From the human T2T-CHM13v2.0 reference genome, Homo sapiens, in assembly GCF_009914755.1 (NCBI RefSeq), contig NC_060933.1: a DNA stretch of 64,000 nt. One strand, 5' to 3'. Position 1 is the stretch's first letter. Each line of letters opens with the position of its first letter. Under the pieces are notes generated by a model that was given only the letters and a program-made list of their open reading frames with translations, had not been told where the DNA came from and ran no database searches. The position numbers and the translations under genes are program-made. Shown piece by piece: positions 21,479 through 38,385 of this stretch.

Positions 21479-22658
21479 TTACTAGCTGTGAGAGCTTAGA
21501 TGTGCTACTTAACCTGTCTATAGCTTTCGATAATGACATTTACATTATTGAATTGTAAAGTTTGAGGGAGGTAAAGTTTATGAAATTGCAAGCACTTAAT
21601 AGGCACTCATTGGTTTCCATTTTTTAGGCAGCGTAGGAAAGTCAGGGACCTTGGGATAGCCCCAGGGAAGAGGTCCTTGTGTGCTTGGGTTCTGTTTTTG
21701 AAGCTGCAGTAGTGTGTGTTGTCAAAGCAAAGCAAAGAGTTATTGACCCAGAGATCTGAGAGCTGGAGCAGCTGACTCTGTCCAAGAAGGAGATGAGGGC
21801 AGATTTCTACGCTCAGGTCCCACACTGAGCTCTTCTTGCTTTTAGGCCTGACCTCAAGCATCCTTGCTAATGAAATCCTAGGTCATGAGGTTTCCCTCTA
21901 GTCAATCACTATGCTCGCTGTAGTTTAGCTCTGGGCTGAGCAGGATGAATTGAGGCTAAGAGTGACTGCCTCTGTGCCTAAAACCTTGAGCACTGTGTTC
22001 TGAGGAAAATTTGTGTTTACAGTAATGCCCCTGTGACTTGGATGAGTTTCCAGGACTTGCGAGACATCCCAGACCCTGTGCTAAGAAAACCATGATTCCT
22101 ACAGCCCTTGCATGGGGAAAGTGGATCAAATACAGCAGGGGGAGCTCATTTCAGGGCCATATTTGTGCTGTCTTCCTCCTTGTTGCTGTGACTATGGAAT
22201 GGAAGAAGGCAGAAACAAGGGGTCATTATCTACAGGGCAGTGAGCAAGTGTTGGGTTTAGTTCTTGTCCCAAATGGTCAGGTCCACAGTCATCCAGTTCT
22301 TAGTCACAGGAGTTACTGGTAATGCCAAGGGCTGAGTAGGGAAACTGCTAAGAGATAGAAATGAAACTGAGTGCCAAGAAAGCAGAGAACACCTGGGACA
22401 GGGAGGGCAAATAAGGGCACACTGGCAGCCACCCCACCCTCTTGGGACCAGGCGAGACATGCTAATCTATCACAACTTCTTCCTGCTGAAACCTCTGACT
22501 CTACCCCTAATTCTAACCTGAACACATCCCAACATAGAGCTCCATGTAGCCACTTTCAATAATTTGGCCTTGATTTACAAGACAGACTTAGTATAATATT
22601 CTTGACTTAGGACTATTTTACTTATCTCTCTAACTGGCACCGAATTAACTTTTTATAG

Positions 22659-23006
<348 letters not shown>

Positions 23007-23099
23007 TAAATAGCACTTGACCATCATCTTTGATCCTTCATTATATTATTTTAGGAGATGATTGGGTTTTGGAATTCACCTTTCATGGGCATCTAGAGC

Positions 23100-23255
23100 A
23101 ATTCTTTTCAACCTTCACTCTGCATATATGATCTGGGTAAATGCAGAGTCTGATTCAGTAGGTGTGGGGTGAGACCTGTGTTTGTGTATTGCTAACAAGC
23201 TCCTAGGTGGTACCAATGCAACTGAACTGTTGTCCACACTTTGAGCAGCAAGGAA
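23100..23255. mobile_element. MER5A-like DNA transposon
   Basis: AAATGCAGAGTCTGATTCAGTAGGTGTGGGGTG...CCACACTTTGAGCAGCAAGG. Confidence 0.65.
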
Positions 23256-23685
23256 ATAGACTCACTGGAGAGGAGAGGAAATTTTCAGACAAATAAGAGC
23301 CTAATAGAGCTCACAGTGTTCTAGAGAAAACTTGGCAAGATCCTGCAGCCACCTGGACAAGCAATCTGGGATGAGGTAACTCTCCAGGCAGACCCATGTT
23401 ATGAAAGTAGCTTGAGGAGAATACACACTCCGACCTCCCATCACCCTATGTGCAAGTTGCAGTTCGTGAGCAGGGGTGGGTGATGGCTGCTGGGCAGCTT
23501 GCCTAGTCACCTGGGAGAAGAGGCAGAACGGGGGCTGGCAGAAGACTTCTTAGAGTTAACTGGGATCAGGACAGGATAAGGGGGAAACCATAGTCTCCTA
23601 GGGGTGAGGACGGTAGCCAGGGGGCTATGCCCTTTACATTGGTGGAGCCACAGTAAACCAACTAGAGACAATCTCTGTAACTGAG

Positions 23686-23746
23686 TTCCCTCCCTCCCTC
23701 CTTTCCTCCCTCCTTTGCTCCCTCCCTTCCTTCCTTCCTTCCTTCC
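23686..23746 (+). repeat. (CCTT/CCCT)n low-complexity tract
   Basis: Direct reading. Confidence 0.85.
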
Positions 23747-23752
23747 TGTTAT

Positions 23753-23986
23753 TATTTTTTTGAGACAGGGTCTCACTCTGTCATCCAGGCTGGAGTGCAG
23801 TGATAATCACAGCTCACTGCAGCCTCAACCTCCGGGGCTCAAGCGATCCTCCTTCCTCAGTCCCTCACACTTCCAACCCCTGGGGTTTTGCCAGCCCAAG
23901 CTGTTCTCAAAGTCCTGGGCTCAATTGATCCACCCACCTCGGCCTCCCAAAGTGCTGGGATTACAGGCATGAGCCACCATGCCTGG
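23753..23986 (-). mobile_element. AluJ with central deletion/replacement
   Basis: Both ends are Alu-like; the middle is replaced by ~35 bp of non-Alu sequence. Confidence 0.85.
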
Positions 23987-24430
23987 CTCTTATTTTCCTT
24001 CTCACTCAGTTTTCTGCAGAGCGTATCAGTTAGGGCAGCCTCTCTGCCAGAGAGGAGAAATTGGTTTAGAATTGGTTTGTTTCTTGGTTCTTTCCATGTA
24101 CATATTTCATCTTGGGTAAAACTCTGGCTAGACTTAAAGAATATTTAGATAAGTGCCTGAGGGGTAGAGTTATAGTTGGTTATTAAAGAGGGTAGAGAAG
24201 AAGGTTGGAGAAGAGCTACCACCACTCAGACATGGGCCTCCTTGAGGACCCTCATACAGGGTTGTGCCAATGTGGCAGGATGGTGTGATAGAAGAGGTAC
24301 AGTGCCAGATTTAAATCTCAACTCCTTACTTATTACCTCTATGGCCTTAAGAAAGTGACTCAACTTCTCTGAATTTTGTTTTCCTCATCTATAAAATATT
24401 ATCTCCTTGCAGAGCTAAATGTCAGAATTA

Positions 24431-24727
24431 GGTTGGGCACAGTGGCTCATTCCTGTCATCCCAGCACTTTGGAAGGCCAAGGCAGGTGGATCACTTGAGG
24501 TCAGGAGTTTGAGACCAGCCTGGCCAACATGGCAAAACCCCGTTTCTACTAAAGATGCAAAAACTAGCCAGGCATGGTGGCACATGCCTGTAGTTACAGC
24601 TACTAGGGAGGCTGAGACAGGAGAATCTCTTGAACCTGAGAGGCAGAGGTTGCAGTGAGCCAAGATCGTGCACTGCACTCCAGCCTGGGCAAAAAACAAA
24701 CAAACAAAAACAAAACAAAACAAAAAA
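24431..24727 (+). mobile_element. AluS inserted in MIR
   Basis: Full dimer; MIR core at 24280-24420. Confidence 0.93.
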
Positions 24728-26941
24728 CGAATTAAATGAGGCAATGGATGTACGAGCACTGAACATTTTATGAAGGCAAGGCCTGCCTTATCCCCGGCAC
24801 TCACATATGGTGGCTCCCTTCCCAGCTCCACTGTGCACCTTGCCTCTAACAGCACAGTCCCAGCTGTTTCTGAAAAGCTGCGTAAGAGAGCAGCTGACTT
24901 CACCCAGTCTCTGCTGGACCACCTTCCTCTTCCATCCCCCTGGCAGCTAAGAGGAAACACATGTGTCTCCTCAACTGTAAAATGGAGATGGTGAGGTCCA
25001 CTCCCAGGATCTTGTGAGAGTATCATGAAGCCCTGGATTTCTAAGTATCTATGGTGGTCATATATCATGGTATGACGAGAATAGTCCCAGTGCATATCTG
25101 ATGTCCTAGTGTCCTGTGTAGCAATTTGGCTCTAATTTGGATAATAAAGTATAAACTTAAAAACTTTAAAGGGCTGTGCGAATACCAAGCAGTGTACATT
25201 GTATTTATGGGTGGAAGCTATTGCTGCTAACTGTAAACTAAGTCAGGAAAAGAAAGGAGTTAAAATGGTTTTCTCCTCACCCAAAATACTTAACTGGGCC
25301 CCCTTTTCCAACCCTTGCATTGTGGGTACAAGAGGAAACCCAAGGAGTTTGGATGGCTGAAGGGAGCCTCAGGAGCAGGGAAATCCCAGCAGAGGGGCAC
25401 ACTCCCAGTTCTTCCTCCACCTGTGTCCACCATCAGCCACCCACTCCCTCCCAACCCTGCCCTTTGGCCACTGACTCATTCCCATTCAGGCCTAGACCTG
25501 TGCTCGGTGCATAGTCTCCACTCTCCCTCTGCCAGTGAGGATGGCAAATATTGTCCTGAGAATGTGAAACCCACATGGGCCTCTCAGAGGCCCGATCCTG
25601 GCTCGGTCTCCTGGATTGCTCAAGCATTCCTCCTCTTCCTCCCCCTCTCCTCCTTCTTCTCTCTCTCTCTCTCTCACCTCTTATGGAAGCTATTTGGTGA
25701 TTGAGCAATGCTCTGGAATAACTAGGTCAAGTCAGGCCTGTGCAGGGAGGAGGAGACAATTGGACTGTGTAGGTGGCTGTGTATCAAGCAGCAGCCAATA
25801 CACCATTAACCAAACAGGAAAATCTAGAACATCCACACACTGACTACTCAGTGGCCTGTTACTTGCTGGGTCAAGCCCAACTCCACTCAGAAATTGTACC
25901 TTTCCTTACCACGTCCCTCTAACTCCTTCATTGCATCTCCCTCCACTCCCCAGCATGACCCTAGTCTCCAATCCCACTGGACTTCCCAGTGCCCGTGACT
26001 CTGTGCCTTTTCCATGCTGTTCTTTTTCCTGGCAGGTTTCTCTCCCTTTCTATTGCTCTGAAAATCCCTACTCCAACATCTGTTTCTCTAAGAGCATTTC
26101 CCGCACTCTCCCAGGCCGATTTAGTTGCTTTCTCCTCTCTCTTCCCAAAGCACAGCACTTGTGTTTCCATTAATGCTTTGCAGACTCGTCTCCCAACTCA
26201 TCAGTCTGTGAGCTACTCAAGGGAGGAACCATGTCTTGCTCATCTTTGTATTTTAGAGCCCGTCACAAGATTGACCTTGTGTGAAGTGCTTAGTAAATGC
26301 ATGTCAAGTCGATGAATGAAAGAATGAGTAATGGAAACAGGGTTGGCTGTTGGATCCAGATACCTTGATTGGTGCCCCAGGTCTACCAGTGACCACTGTG
26401 TGATCTCGGCCAAGCCACGTAACCTCTCCTGACCTCAGACACCTCACCGGTAGAGTGGTAATGACAACACCTATGCTACCTGCCTCGTATGGCTGCAGTG
26501 AGGACCCAATGACATCATTTATGGAAAAGCACCTTATAAGCTGAAAAGGGGGAAGCACACATCCTAACACCGTGAAGTTTACTGGACTGATTGGACCTCA
26601 AAGCTCACACTGCTGAGCAAGGTGAGTGTTGGAAAAAGAGGCCTCCTGCTCTAGGAACTCGCCAAAAACCTGTCAGCAGGAGAATCTTTCAGAGCAAGCA
26701 CAAAGACAGATGCATGTGCTTACACGGAAATGTGTTTTTAACAAATATAACATGAGAATGGAATTCTTTTCTCCCTACATCCAGCCTTGATAGCTAATTA
26801 ATTCCACCTGGAGGAGGGAGCCAGGCATTGGGTAAGGAACAGTCCTTATTCCATGTTTGGGAAAGAATTTACGGTAGCTCTCTCATGAGGATCTGGGGAA
26901 AGGCAAAGCATAAACCAAGTCACTGGGATTTTTTAATTGTA

Positions 26942-27238
26942 GTTGTTGTTTTTGAGATGGAGTTTTGCTCTGTGGCCCAGGCTAGAGTGCCCAGGCTGGT
27001 GTGACCTTGGCTCACTGCAACATCCACCTTCCGGGTTCAAGCGATTCTTCTGCCTCAACCTCCTGTAGCTGGAACTACAGGGATGCACCATCATGCCCGG
27101 CTGATTTTTTGTATTCTTAGTAGAGACAGAGTTTCACCATGCTGGCCAGGCTGATCTCGAACTCCTGGCCTCAAGTTATCTGCCCACCTCCGCCTCCCAA
27201 AGTGCTGCGATTACAGGCGTGAGCCACCAGACCCAGCT
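26942..27238 (-). mobile_element. AluS
   Basis: Reverse dimer. Confidence 0.93.
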
Positions 27239-29214
27239 AGGTCACTGGTTTTGAAGGATCTCAAAGATGATCAAGTCTGACCTCATAATTTTACTGGCAA
27301 CTCAGGAAGGAGATATGATTAGCTCAAGAAACTGGTGAATGACAGAGTTGGGCATGATCTCCCAACTCCCTTTCCACTGCTCTTTCTCCTATAGACAAAG
27401 TCTCCTGACCCCAGAGCAGCATGGCATTTCTTAGCCAGAGTCTGTTGGTGGTTGCTAGATTGGACAGGTGGGGACAAGGTTAAGTAGCCAAGGAAATACT
27501 CTTTAGAGAAGGTGTCATTCTCCTCTCAGCAAATATTGTGCCCAAATAAATACTTTCCAATTCATGACCCTTGGCATTCTCTTGTCTTGCTTTTAATAAT
27601 AATCCTCACTTTCTCAGATCTCAGATGCTTTTGAGACATTTATCTCTTCAATACGACGTTTATAAATTGCCTTTGAATGCACTGAGTACCTGAATAGCTG
27701 CTGAGCACTGTGCTGGACTCTGCCGCAATGAGAAGCAATGTCCAAAACTGCAATGAAGGGTGCTGTGGACTGGTCCCTGGGTAATCAGGATTCGAGTTCC
27801 TTTACCCTGCTACCAACTTTCTGGGAGAACTTAACAAGGCATTTGCATTCTCTGAACCTCAGTTTTCAAATCTGTAAAATAAGGCCAAACTCTTTCCCAG
27901 TTTCAAGTCTATGATATTAGCTGGGATTCTCAATGCTCATTGGACAAGGATAGGATGTGGCATTCGGATTTATTTTATTACTTCAAATGTCATCCCTAAC
28001 ACAGGCTATGAGGCATATGGTAGGGTGGGATCAGGGATTGTGTTCAAGACCTTTAAAATATTTGAGCAGTATGTTAAGCAGAAGAGCAGTGTCAGCTGGG
28101 AACCAAGTGACAAGTCCACTTACCTCTCATCTCTGTGAACTGTACTCCTCCCATCTCTGTCTTGTTCTCTAGGAGTCAAGGAAAAGAATCCTTGGCCTTG
28201 GTCTTGGCCTCAGTCACCTTTTTTGGTTTAATGTTACTCCAGTATTAACTGTTTTGTCTTCTAGTTGCTGTTTTTGACTTTGTCCTCATCTTCTGCCCTG
28301 GTCATCTCATCAACACCCACATCTCAACAACCACCGCCTTGATGCTGAGCATTCTCAAGCCTATTCTCCTGGTCCAGAACAAAACCGTATATTCTTTCCC
28401 TTGGATGTTGCCTCTGAGCTTCAGACATACTCCCAACATCTCCTCCTGAGTGTCTTGCAGTCCTGTCCCATTCAACGTCCCCTCCCCATACCCACCCCAA
28501 GGCTATTGATTCTCTCCCTGTCTCCCCGTCTTGGCAGTGACACCACCACTCAACTAGTTGAATAAGCAAAACCTTGGAAATCATCCTCGATGCCTCTCTT
28601 GTCCCACCTGCCGCAGCCATCAGTTAATTAATCCTGTAGGTTCTCGTTCCTTAACCAGCTCATATCCCTCCCTCTCTTCCTATTTCCATGAATTTTGCCC
28701 CAGTTCCTTCCTTAGCATCTCTCACCTGGACCCTACACGAGCCTCTTACCTTGTTGAAAGAGACTTCCTTAGAATCTCTCCTTTCAATCTATCCTCCACG
28801 CTGGAGCTAGGAGCAGTGGACTGCATCCTGGACATTGGAATCACCTGGAAAGTGTCAGCCCATGGATGCCTGGGTTCTATCCCAGAGATTCTAATATAAT
28901 TGGTCTAGGGTGTGGCCCCATATGATAATTAAATATTCCTTGGATGATTTGAACGTAGTCAAGGTTGAGGGCTACTGTGCTAAAATAATCTTTCTAAAAC
29001 TACTTGCAGGATAAGGTCTAAACCTCATAACCAGCTTTATCAAACTGTTCCCAGCCAGGTCAGAGCCTTTCTCATCTATTAATTTAACTTCCCAGGTGAT
29101 TCCAATGTGCACACAAAGACAAGGCCACTGTGCGTAACTACAGCATGGAGGAGAAAGTGGTTGGATTGAGACTTAGAGGCAAGGAGGCCTTTAGGAGGCT
29201 AATGCAGTGGTTCA

Positions 29215-29795
<581 letters not shown>

Positions 29796-30031
29796 CTAGT
29801 AAATGATTGTGCATCTACACTAAGTCTCAACGGTGGTATGAAACAGTTCTTTACTTTTCATTGAGTAGCCCCCTGCTCATTCTGAGCCCACCTAAGCTAG
29901 ACATTGAAATTGTCTTCCTCTCTTCGGTTGCCCCTTTTTCTTTCTACCTCACAATCCTCATGTTTTTGTTTTTGATTTTTAAATGTCTCTGCCCCCCTGA
30001 CCCTATGGGTTCTGCTCCTCCTCCTGGCTGT

Positions 30032-30073
30032 GATTCATGCTCAGCCAATTGGGATTCCTGCTCAGCCAATTGG
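30032..30073 (+). repeat. Tandem duplication, 2 x 21 bp containing CCAATTGG
   Basis: GATTC(A/C)TGCTCAGCCAATTGG twice. Confidence 0.9.
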
Positions 30074-30431
30074 GTGCATCTGATTTTCCCCTTGGCTGAG
30101 CTGGTGGGGGTGAGGTTTGGGGACTCTTGGAAACCAGGTCTGTGTGATTCCACAGTCCATGATCTCTCCACTGTACCAAGCATCCTTTAGTAACTTTTGT
30201 TTTTCTGATACATCAAGCCTCTTCCAAGAGCTATCTAATCTGAAGAGTATGAGGTCAGGAAGCAGATGTGCAGGGGTGAGCATTTCCAAAGCCTTATGTT
30301 TTCCAGGTTGACGTCGTGCTGTGAGGGGTCACAGTTCTCGTGGGATTTCTCAGAGGAGCATTTTCTTCGAGGAGCATTCATTAGAGGCAGGATGGGGGAG
30401 TAGAAAGCACAGGGTTAGAAAATAGTAGAAT

Positions 30432-30755
30432 GGCCAGGCACGGTGGCTTACGCCTGTAACCCCAGCACTTTGGGAGGCTGAGGTGGGCGGATCACCTGTG
30501 GTCAAGAGTTTGAGACCAGCCTGGCCAATATGGTGAAACCCCGTCTCTACTAAAAATACAAGAAATTAACCAGGTGTGGTGGCAGGCACCTGTAATCCCA
30601 GCCACTTGGGAGGCTGAGGCAGGATAATTGCTTGAACCCAGGAGGCGGAGGTTGCAGTGAGCCGAGTTGTGCCATTGCACTCCATCCTGGGCAACAAGAG
30701 TGAAACTCTGCCTCAAAAAAAAAAAAAAAAGAAAGAAAGAAAGAAAAAAGAAAGA
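30432..30755 (+). mobile_element. AluSq-like
   Basis: TSD AGAAAATAGTAGAA. Confidence 0.95.
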
Positions 30756-31291
30756 AAATAGTAGAACTGCAAAGAGTTCTGAATAACAGGCTAGGTCAAC
30801 TTGAGAAAGTCACTGGCCGTCTTTGAGCCTCATTTTTCTTGTCAATTACTAGAGGTAATACATATGCCTTTGTTCAGTTTACTGTGAAGATCTTATGAAG
30901 GAATGTCTGCAAAAGTGCTTTGTAAACTGTGAAGAACTCTGAATACATGTGGCATTATTATTCTGTGTGCAAATGCAAACAACGGATGCCTGGAAGTGAA
31001 TCGTGAGATTGATGCCTTGGTTTGAAATGTGAAAACTGACCAGGCGATGGACTCATCAAGTGGTTCATATGGTTTGCTAACAAGGGATCATAATTTGTCT
31101 TGGGCCATCCAAAAACCCCTGTAAAACAATACTGTGCAGGCTGTAATCTTCACTAGACTAAGATGCATAGGCATGATACCCAGATTTACAACATATTGTC
31201 TGTTTTGCAATTTTAAAATGTAAAACCAGATTTTGGAAAGAAATGTTTTTCTCTCCCAGCCAAGCAGCACAGCCAAAGAAAAACAAAATCC

Positions 31292-31608
<317 letters not shown>

Positions 31609-31853
31609 CTAAGGGAAAAGATCCAGTGGGTGCTTCTAGAGTCCAATCCAGGTTGGCAAGCCTGTGTGTCCACAGATATGAGACAGTAAAGGTGACACGC
31701 CAGTGGGGAGTGAGGTGTGCTGGGCTTCTGAAGGCAGCAGCTACCGGACGCCAGTCTGTTGTGGCCATGAAGGAATCAGGGCTGAGTGTGCCAGATTTTC
31801 TGATTTTTCAGGAGAAGCTGGAAATCTAGGATTTTGTATTTACATGTCTATGA

Positions 31854-32178
<325 letters not shown>

Positions 32179-32189
32179 TAAATGTTGTC

Positions 32190-32509
<320 letters not shown>

Positions 32510-32659
32510 TTAAAACACCTGATGGGCCAACCTAAATAGCTGTGCTGATTGTGTTCAGCTCTCAGGTCACCTTCCTATAAGCTCTCAGGTCACCTTCTGC
32601 TCTCTACTACCTATCTGTGCATTAGAACTACCTGAGGAGGTTTTAGTTACCTTAGATTG

Positions 32660-32963
32660 TTCGTTTGTTTGTTTTTCACAGGGTCTAGCTCTATCTCCCA
32701 GGCTGGAGTGCAGTGGCATTATCATACCTCACTGTAACCTCGAACTCCTGGGCTCAAGCAATCCTCCCCACTTGGTGTCCTCAGTAGCTAGGACTACAGG
32801 AATACACCACCACATCTGGCTAATTTTTTTTTTTTTTAATTTTTCATAGAGTCAGTGTCTCACTATGTTGCCCAGGCTGGTCTCGACTCCTGGCCTCAAG
32901 CGATCCTCCCACCTTGGCCTCCCAAAACGTTGAGAATACAGGCATGAGCCACTGTGCCTGGGC
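32660..32963 (-). mobile_element. AluJ inserted in a MER5-like element
   Basis: Reverse J-type dimer; MER5-like flanks. Confidence 0.9.
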
Positions 32964-33376
32964 TTGGGGAGGTTTTAGAAATGCCAGTGCTCAGGCTTTA
33001 CCCCAGACCAATGATATCAGAATATCTGTGGGTGTGACTCAGGCGTTTGTGTACATCAGAGCTGATGAGGTGATGCCAGTATTCAGCCAAGTTTGAGAGC
33101 AGTTTTTTAGAGCCTTTCTACCTCAAATCTAGGCCTCAGACTGGCAGCGTCAGCTCCTCCTGGGTGTTTGTTAGGATCTCTATGGATAGGCTAGGAATAT
33201 GTGTTTTAACAAAGAATCACAGATCAGGTCCTGTGCCTCAAGCTGTAAGGTGCATCTTATTAAAATGAAGACTCAGCATGCTGGAGGCGGGACCTGAAAT
33301 TCTGCATTTCCTCAGAGCTACCACTCTTGCACTTTCAGTGCAAAGACCACACTCTGAGTAGCATGAGTGTAGATTA

Positions 33377-33705
33377 GCAGTTGGCAAACCACAGTTCCAT
33401 GGACCAATTCCGGCCTGTTTTTGTGTGGTCTGGAAGCTAAAAATGATTTCTGCATTTTTAAATGGTTGGAAAAAAAAATCAACAGAAGAACATTTCGTGA
33501 CTCATGAAAATTAGATGAAATTTAAATATAGCTATCCATAAATGAAGTTTTACTGGAACGCAGCCATGCCTATTCATTTACATGTTGTTTGTGGCCGCTT
33601 TTGTGCTACAATGGCAAAGTTAAGTAGTTGACAAAGAGATCACATGAATCACCAAACCTAAAATATTGACTGTTTCGCCACTACAGAAAACTCTGCCAAC
33701 TCCTG
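33377..33705. mobile_element. MER58B-like hAT-Charlie element
   Basis: TTGGCAAAC ... GTTTTACTGGAACGCAGCCATGC ... TGCCAACTCCTG termini. Confidence 0.75.
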
Positions 33706-34013
33706 CTCTAGCTGGTTAGCCAGAGGCTGGCCTCTCTATATCCCTGCTTTGCCCTTTATCTGGCTAGCCATATGACTCTGTGACTCCTGGGCAAGTTGCT
33801 TCATCTAATTAAGCCTCACTTTCTCCTTCTGTAACATGGGCATCATAGCTCCTACCTCTTGATCTGATTGGATTCGAGGTGGGAGTGTTTCTGAATGTGT
33901 TTGGTCTTCTTGGCTCATAGCAGGTATTCTGCACTTTGTTTGCTTTGCTCTCTCTGTGTGGGCATTTCCTTTACCTAGATATCGCCATGGCACCTGCTTA
34001 TAGGGAGCCTCTA

Positions 34014-34424
<411 letters not shown>

Positions 34425-34961
34425 TTAGTTCTTCCTGTATATCTCCAGCGTCACCCATGCAGCTCAGCCCCAGTTACCAGTTACCTACTGTACCGGTTAC
34501 CAATGTATGTCTCTCAGTGCCAAATCCACCCTTCTTTGCCCTCCTTTCTGATACTAGGACTAGACCGTATAGGTATTTCTCCTTTGCCAATGGGTTCGGC
34601 ATTAGGCTTTGTCAATAGAGAGCATGGGGGGACACTGCCAGGCCAGAGTAAGAGGGTAGGAATTCCCTTCCTGCCTCTGGAGTGATGCTTTTTGGCAAGG
34701 GAGCCATACAGTCCATCACCATGCAGCCCAATAGCACCTACAGCTCTCTTGAGCTGGCTCTAACATGTGACCTTCAACAATTTCTCTTTCCCCAGAGGCT
34801 GCTCCTATTAACTGAATCCAGCCGGCCTGTACCTTCTGGTGCCTTCTTCTGCCACTTGGAAGGCTATTCCTCTGCATTAGCTTTGGCCTGTACCCTGTGG
34901 CAAGTTTCTTTGCCACCTGCAGTTTGCATAATGCTGTGGCAGCCAGTTGCTCTCTAAAGAG

Positions 34962-35259
34962 ATTTTTTTTTTTTTGAGATGGAGTCTTGCACGGTTGCCC
35001 AGACTGAAGTGTAGTGTTCGCAATCCCAGCTCACTGCAACCTCCGCCTCCCGGGTTCAAGTGATTTTCTTGCCTCAGCCTCCCGAGTAGCTGGGATTACA
35101 ATCATGTGCCACCACGCTCAGCTAATTTTTGTATTTTTGCTAGAGATGGGGTTTCACCATGTTGGCCAGGCTGGTCTCAAACTCCTGACCTCAAGTGATC
35201 TGCCTGCCCCAGCCTCCCAAAGTGCTAGGATTACAGGCACGAGCCACTGTGCCTGGCCT
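34962..35259 (-). mobile_element. AluS
   Basis: TSD CTAAAGAGATTT. Confidence 0.95.
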
Positions 35260-35517
35260 AAAGAGATTTGAATCTCAGCCTTGGAAGGAGAGGGATGGCA
35301 GGCGAATAGGGAACCTTCTAAGTTTTTGATTCTTTCCTTGTTCACTCTCTTTCAGCTTTAGAGGGAGTTGCTACTCTCTGTACTTGCTACTCTATATCCT
35401 TTAGAGTTCTCTTTTATACTTTTGAATAATTAACCACATTTTACTAGTTAAAAGTCCTTTATCATTATAGGAGTTGCCTGGAATAATCAACCTTATAGAG
35501 ATAGAAAGTAGAATAGT

Positions 35518-35811
<294 letters not shown>

Positions 35812-35845
35812 ATCCCAGAACTTAAAGTATAATTAAATAAAACAA
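35812..35845 (+). mobile_element. Extreme 3' tip of an L1PA-type element
   Basis: ATCCCAGAACTTAAAGTATAAT + A-rich tail, matching the recalled L1PA terminus. Confidence 0.7.
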
Positions 35846-36084
35846 ACAGAAAGAGACATTAACAAAAAAAGAATAAAAAAGAAAGAAAGAAGGAAAGAAA
35901 GAAAGTAGAATAGTGATTACCAGGATCTGGGAAAGGATGGCAGTGGGCAGCTTTGTGTTTAACGGGAACAGAGTTTCAGTTCTAGAGATAAAAAAGTTCT
36001 AGAGCTGGATAGTGGTGATGGTTGCATAAGAATGTGAATGTACTTAATGCCACTAAACTGTACACTTAAAAATGGTTAAGATGG

Positions 36085-36210
36085 AGCCGGTGTGATGGCT
36101 CATACGTATAATCTCAAATCTTTGGGAGGGTTAGGAGAGGGAATTGCTTGAAGCCCGAGTTCAAGACCAGCCTGGCAATAAAATGAGACCCTGTCTATTA
36201 AGAAAAAAAA
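36085..36210 (+). mobile_element. FLAM / Alu left monomer
   Basis: Monomer with A tail. Confidence 0.75.
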
Positions 36211-36411
36211 GTTTTAAGAAATGGTTAAAATCATTGTTTTCATGTTATGTATAATTTATCATAATTTTTAAAAAGATCTTTAAATTAAAATTTCAAATCA
36301 CATATATGCTTTCTGTCTCCTGTCTGGGCCTTGGCTGACACACCAGGCCATTGCAGCAGCCTCCTCAATGGCCTCGCCTCCTCTCCTTCTGGCCTCTCTC
36401 TATAATGCATC

Positions 36412-36720
36412 TTTCTTTCTTTCCTTTTTTTTTTTTTTTGAGATGGAGCTTTGATCTTGTTGCCCAGGCTGGAGTGCAGTGGCGCGATCTCAGCTCACCA
36501 CAACCTCCACCTCCCAGTTCAAGTGATTCTCCTGCCTCAGCCTCCCAAGTAGCTGGGATTACAGGCATGTGCCACCACGCCTGGCTAATTTTGTATTTTT
36601 AGTAGAGACAGGGTTTCTCCACGTTGGTCAGACTGGTCTCAAAACTCCCGACCACAGGCTCCCACCCACCTCGAGCTCCCAAAGTGCTGGAATTACAGGC
36701 GTGAGCCACCGCACCCAGCC
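36412..36720 (-). mobile_element. AluSp-like
   Basis: TTTCTCCA..TTGGTCAG diagnostics; TSD CTATAATGCATCTTT. Confidence 0.93.
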
Positions 36721-37373
36721 TATAATGCATCTTTCACCCAACAACAAAATCCATGTTCCTGAGTGCACCTCTGACCTATGATTCTCCCACTCCAAATCCC
36801 CTCCTTGGCTTTTCTCTGCTGAGTGAGTAAGGCTCTAACCCCAAAGCCAGGCATTCAGGGACCTTGACAGTCTAATGTCATCTTGCCTTCCACACCTCGG
36901 CTCCTACTACTCCCCATCACATTCTCTTGTCCATCCAGCTAGAGTATACCACCTTCTCTCCTCTCTGCGTACCCTGACCTTTGTTTTGACTTCTGCATTT
37001 GCTCAGGCCATTCCTCCCCATTAGAATTCCTTCTACTACTCCTCCATCCTCAGGTTGTCACATGTTTAAAGCTCAACTATTCTGCAAGGCCCTGCCCTAC
37101 CAGCTCCCAGCAAGAAACATTCATCCCTCGTGACATGTTAGGTGCATCTCTCTGTGTTATCCCTTCAAATCTTGTAATACAATCACGTACGTGATTCTAC
37201 TTCCCTAGAGGATTTCTGAGACTAAATCCATACTGAAATAATCTTTGTATTCCGTTAGAGTGTATAGCATACAGACTTGCACATAACAGGCATTCCATTA
37301 AAAAAAAAGTTGAAAAAAAATAGACTTTTAAAAAGTTTATGACACTTTCTAATTCGTATTTGTTCTAGAGCAC

Positions 37374-38126
<753 letters not shown>

Positions 38127-38385
38127 GGCACACATGGCTGAGCAGTTTCTGCCTTGTCTCCCAATGTAGTCTATTAGAAGTGGCTGCTTGAAGTGCTGTG
38201 TAGAGATAGATAAAGCCACATCCAGCCTCAGGGGAAAAGAGTGCATGATTAATTAGTAATGTCTTATCATTAGTACAGGATGGAAATAATAACAAGCACA
38301 AAACAGATTTGACATTTCTGTTCCAGGTGCTTGGACGAACAGATTACGATTCAGCATATATGCTCAATTCAAAGTGGAATGTTGG

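Noticed and set aside
24415-25095. 226-aa minus-strand ORF
   Set aside because: The C-terminal half is antisense Alu and the N-terminus overlaps MIR; no recognisable protein
26615-26630. Strong splice donor AAG/GTGAGT (similar motif near 46172)
   Set aside because: Isolated motifs with no supportable exon; lncRNA exons cannot be called from sequence alone
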